A stretch of 35,254 nucleotides of DNA from a virus (lineage: Duplodnaviria; Caudoviricetes), in IMG/VR virus record IMGVR_UViG_3300012031_000039, positions 1 through 35,254 of that record. One strand, given 5' to 3'. A program made the position numbers and the translations under genes. The notes under the pieces were generated by a model that did not search any database, was not told the DNA's origin, and worked only from the letters and a program-made list of their open reading frames with translations. Shown piece by piece: positions 19,794 to 26,655 of the stretch. Numbering within the stretch: position 1 is the first letter of the stretch; each line of letters starts with the position of its first letter.

Positions 19794-19838
19794 GAAACCT
19801 CTGCATTACGTTGGTTATCAGTCAACTGCAGAGGTTTC
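19794..19838. repeat. Long hairpin/inverted repeat
   Basis: Perfect 12-bp arms GAAACCTCTGCA (19794-19805) and TGCAGAGGTTTC (19827-19838) with an inner GTTG/CAAC stem. Confidence 0.75.
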
Positions 19839-19879
19839 GCAAGTAGCATCATGCAAACTAAAACAAGCTACCTGCCTAA

Positions 19880-19949
19880 TTGCGAAAGTGTCGCAACATT
19901 AGATTTGCGAACTCTCTCATTTCAAAAAAGTAGTTGCGAGACTTTCGCA
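19880..19949. promoter_or_regulatory. Operator-like palindromes TGCGA-N5-TCGCA
   Basis: Full sites at 19880-19896 and 19935-19949; half sites nearby. Confidence 0.5.
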
Positions 19950-20120
19950 TATGTACTTTTTGCCTGAAAAAATGTCGCATTTATTCTCATTTTTACTTAT
20001 TTCTCTTAAAATTGTCTTTTTTAGAGTTAAAAACTCTTGTGCTTTTTGGTCTTATTTTTACACAAAATAAGCATATTTTTTACACCTATTTTAGATCTCA
20101 TTTATAGAGTTAAAAAATAG

Positions 20121-20330
20121 CTATGAAACATCTTTTTCAAAGAATTCTATTTCGTAATTGTGTTTAACTTTTGAGCCTTCTATAATGAACTCTAAAGTGC
20201 TTCCAATTATATTTTTGATTTGCAGAAGATCAAACAGTTTTTCCTTATCTATGCGGGTTTGATCTAGCCTAGCTGCGTGTAGTCCGCCTATGTGATTTGC
20301 CACTATGTGCAATGTTGGTTTTTTATTCAT
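20121..20330 (-). CDS. Hypothetical protein
   Basis: 69 aa ORF in the tightly packed minus-strand run. Confidence 0.6.
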   Translation of the reverse strand: MNKKPTLHIVANHIGGLHAARLDQTRIDKEKLFDLLQIKNIIGSTLEFIIEGSKVKHNYEIEFFEKDVS

Positions 20331-20337
20331 TTGTGTA

Positions 20338-20418
20338 TTATATTAGCGTGAAAATAGTTATAGAAAGCATAACCCAAAACACGAATTTTATGATAGTCCA
20401 TAGATCTTTAAGCTTCAT
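20338..20418 (-). CDS. Small hydrophobic peptide (26 aa)
   Basis: Manual translation MKLKDLWTIIKFVFWVMLSITIFTLI; fills the gap between neighbouring genes. Confidence 0.5.
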   Translation of the reverse strand: MKLKDLWTIIKFVFWVMLSITIFTLI

Positions 20419-20707
20419 CGTGTTGTCTTAAGAGTTTAAGAGTTTCGAACGCTTGATATTTAGGTGGAATATAAACATAGCAATTACTATAGAAAAAAGC
20501 TGAAACATTAGCTTCTAGCAGCATGTTTTTCTCTTGATGATTAAGAAATAGTTGGAAACTTATACCATTCTTAGACTGCCTTCTTACTACTCTAGAACCA
20601 CTTCTTAAGAATGCTTCTTCTTTAGAGTCTGCGTATGTGCTGTATTTACAGTATGACCAATCAAATAGACCATTCACTGTTTTTGCTATTTCACTTCTTG
20701 CTGCCAT
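20408..20707 (-). CDS. Hypothetical protein (likely start ATG 20707)
   Basis: TAATG overlap with the upstream stop favours MAARSEIAK over the track start at 20758. Confidence 0.6.
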   Translation of the reverse strand: MAARSEIAKTVNGLFDWSYCKYSTYADSKEEAFLRSGSRVVRRQSKNGISFQLFLNHQEKNMLLEANVSAFFYSNCYVYIPPKYQAFETLKLLRQHDEA

Positions 20708-21027
20708 TAGTATTTTACTTTTTTTATCTGTTCTATTATTTCTTTGATAACCTCCCAATCTAAGTTGTACTGCTTAGAGAGTCTAGTAACTGAGATCCCT
20801 CTAGTATTTGCTATATAAATGTCGTATTTCTCTTTGCTAGTTATACCACTTCTTTTGATGTCTTCTAAGACTTTTATAGAAGTGCTTATGTCACTTATTA
20901 CAAGGTCTACTTTAAGAATTTCGTCTTTGTTGATCAGTGGAAATGACTGAGCTAAGAGATATTCTTTTGTCTTAGTGGCATCTCTAAGTGCATCTTGTAA
21001 GACTTTTACTGGGTAGAACTTGATCAT
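20707..21027 (-). CDS. Putative HTH DNA-binding protein
   Basis: C-terminal GISVTRLSKQYNLDWEVIKEII resembles a helix-turn-helix. Confidence 0.5.
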   Translation of the reverse strand: MIKFYPVKVLQDALRDATKTKEYLLAQSFPLINKDEILKVDLVISDISTSIKVLEDIKRSGITSKEKYDIYIANTRGISVTRLSKQYNLDWEVIKEIIEQIKKVKY

Positions 21028-21569
21028 ACAACAATTCTAAGATCATGTTTTCTTATAAAAGCGTTAGCTTTTCTTTTGAATGTATGAGGTGCTTTACATG
21101 AGAAGATCACTTCGCCATTGATCTCAATAGTGTATTTTTCTTTGATCAAGTAAAATGCTGCGATATCATTGTCATTTTCTAAGTTTATGGATTCACCCAG
21201 CTGAAGTAAGTCTACTACTGTACTGTCTATCTCAGTAGATCTAAGTTGCATTGAATTAATAAAACTAAAGCTGTATATAGACATAGCTTTTTTAAACTCT
21301 TTCACTGCGTGTATTTCTTGATCAAACACAGCTTGAAGTTGCGTAACTGCTTGCAGTGTTTTTGATGTAGCTCTGACAATCTTCTTTAGATCACCAGATC
21401 TGCATATCTCAGCTATTTTAATATCGTCTAGCATTTTCTTTTGTGAACGTGTAGCAAACTCATTGAAAGCAGCTTGAGTAAGCTCTATTTCTATTAGAGC
21501 ATCATCTACTGATTTACCACTCTTCACAAGTTGAGTAAGCTCATCTAATCGTATGTCTTGAGGTTTCAT
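21024..21569 (-). CDS. Hypothetical protein
   Basis: 181 aa, ATGA overlap with the next gene. Confidence 0.7.
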   Translation of the reverse strand: MKPQDIRLDELTQLVKSGKSVDDALIEIELTQAAFNEFATRSQKKMLDDIKIAEICRSGDLKKIVRATSKTLQAVTQLQAVFDQEIHAVKEFKKAMSIYSFSFINSMQLRSTEIDSTVVDLLQLGESINLENDNDIAAFYLIKEKYTIEINGEVIFSCKAPHTFKRKANAFIRKHDLRIVV

Positions 21570-21573
21570 AGTA

Positions 21574-21804
21574 TTATTTATTTAAAAATGCTTTGATTAT
21601 AGATCTACATTCTAAAACTTCAGACTCATTATTAAAAGTAGTCCAGTTTAAATAAGCTATAAGATCAACAGTAGGAATAGCTTCAATGTTATTCTTGATC
21701 ATGTTTGGTTTTGGTTGAAAATGCTTTACTCCATCTTGAATGTAGTTAAACTTAAAAGAACCAGAGTTAGAATTGTTTTTTACTACTTGAATTTGAGTTT
21801 TCAT
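21574..21804 (-). CDS. Hypothetical protein (likely start ATG 21804)
   Basis: ATG directly follows the conserved leader of the repeated cassette; the track start at 21834 lies in the promoter box. Confidence 0.65.
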   Translation of the reverse strand: MKTQIQVVKNNSNSGSFKFNYIQDGVKHFQPKPNMIKNNIEAIPTVDLIAYLNWTTFNNESEVLECRSIIKAFLNK

Positions 21805-21891
21805 AATATATGTTTTAGTTTGTTTGATACTCAAATATACACTTTATAAATGAAACTAAAAAATATTTTATGAAAATAATTAAAAAAAGTT
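21805..21891 (-). promoter_or_regulatory. Repeated promoter/leader cassette, copy 2 (-7 box TATATTTG at 21832-21839)
   Basis: Consensus TAnnTTTG; leader GTGTATATTTGAGTATCAAACAAACTAAAACATATATTATG is identical to copy 3. Confidence 0.8.
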
Positions 21892-22158
21892 TTAATCTTC
21901 TTGGGGTTTCAGTTTTATAGATCTACAAGGAAAGCCTCTTGTCCATCTACTTGCTCGCATATTTTTATTCTTAACTAGTAGTTCAAAAGTTAGGTGTATT
22001 GCTTCCATTGTTTTCATGTTCATAATTTGTGCACTACTAAATCGCCAGTCAATGACATCATACTCTTCAAATGGTGGTTCTTTCATACTGCTAAATAAGC
22101 CACCACCTAGTTGTTGTTTTGTACCTATTAAATGTCCTACTTCTATTGGAATTTCCAT
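21892..22158 (-). CDS. Hypothetical protein
   Basis: 88 aa with an A-rich leader. Confidence 0.65.
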   Translation of the reverse strand: MEIPIEVGHLIGTKQQLGGGLFSSMKEPPFEEYDVIDWRFSSAQIMNMKTMEAIHLTFELLVKNKNMRASRWTRGFPCRSIKLKPQED

Positions 22159-22188
22159 ATTTCTATTTATTATTTTATTTTTTAAAAA

Positions 22189-22330
22189 AAAAACACTGAT
22201 CTGTTGTCTTCACCGTGCAACGTCTGTCGCTAGCCAGCTATCTGAACGCTCTTCCTCATAGATTTAGAGTCTATCGACTACGAACCTAGTCTCGGGAGCT
22301 TTTAAGGTGTCTGTTTTCCACAGTGTTTTT
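22189..22330 (-). ncRNA. Candidate structured RNA 1 (~142 nt)
   Basis: Closing stem AAAAACACTG/CAGTGTTTTT with internal hairpins; GC-richer than its flanks. Strand assumed from the surrounding genes. Confidence 0.5.
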
Positions 22331-22337
22331 ATTATGA

Positions 22338-22472
22338 AAGAACACAAACAGGGTGACTGTACTAAACTAACTACAATTTGTACGACTGTCATTTTGCATG
22401 AATTTACCACAAAGTGGCTGCTGTAGTCATATAGCCTACATACTCAACAGTTAATCGCTTATCTGTGTTCTT
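22338..22472 (-). ncRNA. Candidate structured RNA 2 (~135 nt)
   Basis: Closing stem AAGAACACA/TGTGTTCTT, extended by G-U pairs only on the minus strand; three internal hairpins. Confidence 0.5.
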
Positions 22473-22499
22473 ATTTTTTTCTTTAAAAAATAGTTTGCC

Positions 22500-22590
22500 T
22501 TACTATTAATACCTCTAAGAGTCATGCTATTAATGAACAAATCCCCTCGTTCATTGGATCTTATGTTTAAGAACGTTACTGAAGTAGTAA
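22500..22590 (-). ncRNA. Candidate structured RNA 3 (~91 nt)
   Basis: TTACTA/TAGTAA closing stem; internal AATGAAC/GTTCATT and TCTTA/TAAGA hairpins. Confidence 0.3.
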
Positions 22591-22616
22591 AAAATCATAC
22601 AAAATCTACACCAATA

Positions 22617-22862
22617 TTATATTCTTAAGTCTGCTATTGAGTTCTGAAGTTCTCTTAGTTCTTTAAGTAGCTCTGTTCTTTTCTCTTTGGATTTTTCTAA
22701 CATTCTTATGCAAACTCTATTCATTATCTGTGTGCGCTCTTCGTACGTAAATACACACGTAACATTGTCGTTGAGTGTGCTCATTATTGAGTCTACTGCT
22801 GCAGATTTATATTTTTCTTTCTTCTCTAATGAGATTATTCTGTTAAGGTTAAATAGACTCAT
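22617..22862 (-). CDS. Hypothetical protein (likely start ATG 22862)
   Basis: MSLFNLNRII... begins 2 nt after the stop of the 53-aa ORF. Confidence 0.65.
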   Translation of the reverse strand: MSLFNLNRIISLEKKEKYKSAAVDSIMSTLNDNVTCVFTYEERTQIMNRVCIRMLEKSKEKRTELLKELRELQNSIADLRI

Positions 22863-22864
22863 GA

Positions 22865-23026
22865 TCAATGTGTTTTTACTTCTTCGTCCCAATTTGGAAA
22901 TCTTCTTATAAATAGTCTTACATCTGCCCTATATAGATCTAATGAAAGTCTTACTATAGATTTTGAGTGTAGCAGTGGTTTCCATTTTCTATTTAAAATA
23001 TCGTGCTGCTCTTGTGCTTCTCTCAC
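22865..23026 (-). CDS. Small hypothetical protein (53 aa, GTG start)
   Basis: Manual translation MREAQEQHDILNRKWKPLLHSKSIVRLSLDLYRADVRLFIRRFPNWDEEVKTH; GTGA overlap with the denV stop. Confidence 0.55.
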   Translation of the reverse strand: MREAQEQHDILNRKWKPLLHSKSIVRLSLDLYRADVRLFIRRFPNWDEEVKTH

Positions 23027-23436
23027 AGTTTCATAGTTTTTAGTTCAACTTTTTCACCTCTGTATCTTATCACTTTCATAGTAGAAAGCCTCTCGTTTAT
23101 CCTTTCAACTAACATAGATCTTACTGTGTTATCAGGTTTCCAATCATTTAGAAGATCATCAGGAAGATCATGGAAAGCATCGCTGTAGTCTTGAATAGAG
23201 AAACCTCTATCTTTACACTCAATGCGAATAGCAGTGTATCTTGTGTACAAATAATAAAGCTTATCATAGAAGAACTTTACATGACCTGCACCTAATCTAA
23301 AATCATTAGGAATGTCTTCAACTTTTGCTTTTCCAGATATTATACAGTTTGGAATTCTTACTATTTCTCTGTGTTCAGCTAAAAGCATTTGATCACACAG
23401 TTCTGATGGTTGTATTGATGCACTTATTCTAGTCAT
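23023..23436 (-). CDS. denV: Pyrimidine-dimer DNA glycosylase (T4 endonuclease V family)
   Basis: N-terminal MTRI (catalytic Thr2), DQMLLAEHREIVRI (catalytic Glu), FRLGAGHVKFFYDKL, RGF. Confidence 0.93.
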   Translation of the reverse strand: MTRISASIQPSELCDQMLLAEHREIVRIPNCIISGKAKVEDIPNDFRLGAGHVKFFYDKLYYLYTRYTAIRIECKDRGFSIQDYSDAFHDLPDDLLNDWKPDNTVRSMLVERINERLSTMKVIRYRGEKVELKTMKL

Positions 23437-23608
23437 TGCTCTTAGATTTTATAGCATAATTATGAGTTTAGAACTATTAGGTTATTTCTTGAAGCATCTC
23501 TCAACAACCTTTCTCTATGTGTGCAAAGTTGTTGTGTAGTATAGCAGTTTGTTAAACCTAACTCTAGTAGTTCTTTTATTGTTTGCTTGTGTTTAAATTA
23601 ATTGCCAT

Positions 23609-23695
23609 AATATATGTTTTAGTTTGTTTGATACTCAAATATACACAGTATAAACGTAACTAAAAAATATTTTATGATTTATTTTAAAAAAAGTT
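23609..23695 (-). promoter_or_regulatory. Repeated promoter/leader cassette, copy 3 (-7 box TATATTTG at 23636-23643)
   Basis: Shares the conserved blocks of copies 1 and 2. Confidence 0.8.
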
Positions 23696-24496
23696 TCATA
23701 TCTCTACTTCTTTACCTGTTACAATCCTGTAGATCTCTCTAGTAAGCTTCACGTCATAGACGCCATTGTGCAGCATTACATCTTCTACATACAATCCTAA
23801 TTCTTCAGCTACTGTCTTAAGTTTGAAGTTTGGCATCGACACTCTTCTTTCAATGAGATATTCACATGCTAAAACCATAACATCTAATGAGTCACCCCAA
23901 AACCAAGAACCAAAATATGTATCTCCGTTTTGTTCAAACCATCTTCTTAAGAAAACATCATCAAACTTTCTGTTGTTAAACCCTACTAGATACATTTTAT
24001 CTTTTCTATCGTATCTATCACAGTATCTCTCTAATATTGATACAAACTCAATATGAGCATCTTTCATATCTTGATATACAAGTATTTCATCTTCTAAAAC
24101 ATTACCTACTAGAAGAGCCTTAGGTTCAATTATTGCTTTTGGGTGTGGTCTTGTTTTAATGTCAAATTCTTCTACTATTTCACCATTGAATTCTACAACA
24201 CCAGCTATTTGGTGTATGCTGTTTTTACGTTCGTCAGTTCCAGTAGTTTCTAGATCATAAAATATTTTTATGATGTCGTCTCTTGTTTTGAATTTCATAG
24301 TTTGTATTTTTTCGTGTAGTTGTGGAAACATTTCCATGTATTTATTCATGTATCTTATTACATGGATTGTGAATTTATGTTGAGGTACATCAATGAACTT
24401 TTCTTTGAGTCTAACAACAGCTACTCTATAGCCATTTGAGTGATCATAGAGTGTGTTGTTTTCTCTCGTGTATTTTCCTGACTCAATTAGTTTCAT
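23696..24496 (-). CDS. DEDDh 3'-5' exonuclease (DnaQ-like) with N-terminal extension
   Basis: ExoI FYDLETTG, ExoII VGFNNRKFDDVFL, ExoIII LHNGVYDV. Confidence 0.9.
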   Translation of the reverse strand: MKLIESGKYTRENNTLYDHSNGYRVAVVRLKEKFIDVPQHKFTIHVIRYMNKYMEMFPQLHEKIQTMKFKTRDDIIKIFYDLETTGTDERKNSIHQIAGVVEFNGEIVEEFDIKTRPHPKAIIEPKALLVGNVLEDEILVYQDMKDAHIEFVSILERYCDRYDRKDKMYLVGFNNRKFDDVFLRRWFEQNGDTYFGSWFWGDSLDVMVLACEYLIERRVSMPNFKLKTVAEELGLYVEDVMLHNGVYDVKLTREIYRIVTGKEVEI

Positions 24497-25154
24497 TCCT
24501 GTTTAAAAAGTCATTATACAAGTGCAGATCTGCTGCATAGTGGAAGTATGTACCTGTTTTAAGTTTCATCTCTTTTGCTACTAATTTATGCATCTCTGAG
24601 AAACAGTATTGATCATTGCAAAAACCAAACCATAGATCATTGGATCTCATCAGAACTGTCATATCTAGTTTTTCACCACAGTCTGAGACTTCAAAACCTA
24701 TGTTAAGCGTACATGGTGTATCATGGCGATAGTCTTTCTTTTCTTTACCATCGAAAATGGAAAGCCATGCATGTCTAGTCGTAGAGTCGTGTTGTAGCTG
24801 AGAAATACATTTTTCAATTTGGTTGTTTCTATTCCACTGCCACCCATAGTTACTGTTGACTATGTTGTCACCGTTGTGCATTATGTCCCAAATAGGTGCA
24901 AACTTTTTTAATTCTTCTACACTTCTATTTTGTGATAAGTACCAATCAAATTCTCTCTTAGCATACTTGTCATTCCAGTTTCTAAAAGGTGTTTCTATGT
25001 GATTGTCTTCTGGTTTCAAAATATAGAAACCTATATTTCTAAGTCTCTTAGTGCCATTTGCTCTTTGAGTGCCTTCTGAGTTTATCTTATTGTAAAAATA
25101 ATCAAAGGCATCTTCTGCTGTGTGGAATGTGTTTATGTACGAATGTATGCTCAT
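24483..25154 (-). CDS. Thymidylate-synthase-family enzyme, dCMP hydroxymethylase-like (T4 gp42 type)
   Basis: NSNYGW, DTPCT (catalytic Cys), MRSNDLWFGFCND with Asp at the base-specificity position (Asn177 in E. coli ThyA), and DLHLY. Confidence 0.85.
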   Translation of the reverse strand: MSIHSYINTFHTAEDAFDYFYNKINSEGTQRANGTKRLRNIGFYILKPEDNHIETPFRNWNDKYAKREFDWYLSQNRSVEELKKFAPIWDIMHNGDNIVNSNYGWQWNRNNQIEKCISQLQHDSTTRHAWLSIFDGKEKKDYRHDTPCTLNIGFEVSDCGEKLDMTVLMRSNDLWFGFCNDQYCFSEMHKLVAKEMKLKTGTYFHYAADLHLYNDFLNRNETN

Positions 25155-25156
25155 AT

Positions 25157-25624
25157 CTAATAACTTCTTTTTTGTCTGTTTCTGTTCTCTACATTTTTAG
25201 CCATGTAGTAGTTGTAAATAGTTTTTGAGTCTAACCCTAAAGACACAGCATAGTTCATAAAGAAATGTAGTTTGTCTACGAATTCCATTACAAGTTCTTT
25301 CTTATCATTTTCAGTGAGATCAGAGAGCTTCATTTGTGAAGCTTTCGGGTGGTCTTTCTTCCATGGCTTCCAAACAGCATTTCCAATGCCATCATTTATG
25401 CCACCTAATGCATCAAACATTTCATGGTCTTCATCGCCTTCTGCGTGTTTGTTCATCAACCAAAAATTCTTTATGTCATTAAGTGACATAGTGTCAAAAT
25501 CGTAGTTGTAAATCTTAGTCTGAGTATCTCTTTGAAGTTCTAAGATGTCACCTAGTGTATCTTTAGAGTCTTTAAATAGGTCTAGTATTTCTAAACCTGA
25601 ACAAATGTTGTCTGTGTTTGCCAT
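25157..25624 (-). CDS. All-alpha NTP pyrophosphatase (dCTPase/dimeric dUTPase, T4 gp56-like)
   Basis: EDHEMFDA, WKPWKK, EFVDKLHFFMN, YMAKNVENRNRQKRSY. Confidence 0.85.
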   Translation of the reverse strand: MANTDNICSGLEILDLFKDSKDTLGDILELQRDTQTKIYNYDFDTMSLNDIKNFWLMNKHAEGDEDHEMFDALGGINDGIGNAVWKPWKKDHPKASQMKLSDLTENDKKELVMEFVDKLHFFMNYAVSLGLDSKTIYNYYMAKNVENRNRQKRSY

Positions 25625-25627
25625 CTT

Positions 25628-26191
25628 TTATTGTTTTACTATTAATTTTTCTATGTTTACTATGTTTTGTGCAGTAGAAGCTATCACATGTATTTGTGGC
25701 TGCTCACTGTACACTGGATCTATAAAAAACTCTTTTATGAGGTTTATGTCATATAACAATTCGTTTTTTATGTCAGACGCTCTAAAGAACAGTTTTACAG
25801 TGTCTTGAAAATAATGGATGATATTAAGACAACTCGTATTAACTGTATCATCCATGTAGTCTGAAAGTTTGTCAGCTATTACGACTACACATCTTCTGCT
25901 TTTGTCTTTGTTTCTTGAAACTGTTTCAATGATTGATCTAAAATCCATGTCGTTTTTCATCATAGCTGATACTGTATAAATAGTACCTATTAGATTTGAC
26001 TGCTCTTCTACATTTGTGAAAGATTTTCTATGTAAGAAACCCTCCATTGATTTTATAGAAATGTCCATGTTTGAAAAAGCTTTTCTTTTAGCAAACATGT
26101 AGCTGTCTTCTATTTGGTTTATCTGATCAGCTCTGTCTATTCTAAAATAGTAAGAGTCGTCATTGAAAAGAGGATATTTATATATATTCAT
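25628..26191 (-). CDS. Divergent thymidylate-synthase-fold protein
   Basis: KSRRCVV, TSCLNIIHY and FFRASDIKNELLYD align with the TS SRR, PC and RSxD...N/D motifs. Confidence 0.6.
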   Translation of the reverse strand: MNIYKYPLFNDDSYYFRIDRADQINQIEDSYMFAKRKAFSNMDISIKSMEGFLHRKSFTNVEEQSNLIGTIYTVSAMMKNDMDFRSIIETVSRNKDKSRRCVVVIADKLSDYMDDTVNTSCLNIIHYFQDTVKLFFRASDIKNELLYDINLIKEFFIDPVYSEQPQIHVIASTAQNIVNIEKLIVKQ

Positions 26192-26193
26192 AA

Positions 26194-26655
26194 CTACATT
26201 ATTTGAAACAACTGCATGAGTCTTGCCAAGTTGTTTGGATTTACTCTTATTTTATTCATAGAAACAGCATAAAATATAGCTTCGTACATCTTTCTAGCTG
26301 CTAATATTTGATCATATGAAAAAGCTTCATTTCTTTCACTGTCAAAAACGAAGTCTTCTTCTCTGTCAACGAGTATAAACAAACAGTTTTGACTTTCAAA
26401 TATCTTTTGAAGTTCTACTGGATTTTTTACTCTGTGCTTTTGGTCTCTAAATAGACTGTATACCATTTCTGATACAAAGTTTCTATCAGAAATGGTTTTT
26501 TTAGGTGTTATATAGTGACTGTGAAAATCAAATTTCTCATCTGGTTTATCAAAGTGAATTATAGGCCATCCTAAAGTTTGACTTAGTTTTTCACACAGCT
26601 GAGATTTACCTTGCTGATCTGCACCTTCTACTATTATCTTATCTATTTTTATCAT
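26194..26655 (-). CDS. P-loop dNMP kinase (thymidylate kinase-like)
   Basis: IIVEGADQQGKS Walker A and SDRNFVSEMVY (DR motif). Confidence 0.85.
   Translation of the reverse strand: MIKIDKIIVEGADQQGKSQLCEKLSQTLGWPIIHFDKPDEKFDFHSHYITPKKTISDRNFVSEMVYSLFRDQKHRVKNPVELQKIFESQNCLFILVDREEDFVFDSERNEAFSYDQILAARKMYEAIFYAVSMNKIRVNPNNLARLMQLFQIM

Noticed and set aside
20022-20116. Short direct repeats TAGAGTTAAAAA (20022, 20105)
   Set aside because: Two copies of an AT-rich 12-mer in low-complexity sequence; not enough to assign a function.
22189-22590. Canonical tRNAs or a hammerhead ribozyme
   Set aside because: No GTTCRA T-loop with a matching cloverleaf. CTGTTGAG is not CUGANGA and has no paired GAAA. 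Retained only as unknown structured RNAs.
22617-22985. TAG readthrough or alternative genetic code (METTATLK...TAG continuing into the 22617 ORF)
   Set aside because: A different frame gives a clean 53-aa ORF (22865-23026) coupled to both neighbours, and the long genes are intact in the standard code.
24483-25154. Ordinary thymidylate synthase (thyA) or dUMP hydroxymethylase
   Set aside because: Asp rather than Asn at the specificity position, a gp42-like RSNDxxFGFxND motif, and the dCTPase and carbamoyltransferase context favour a dCMP substrate.
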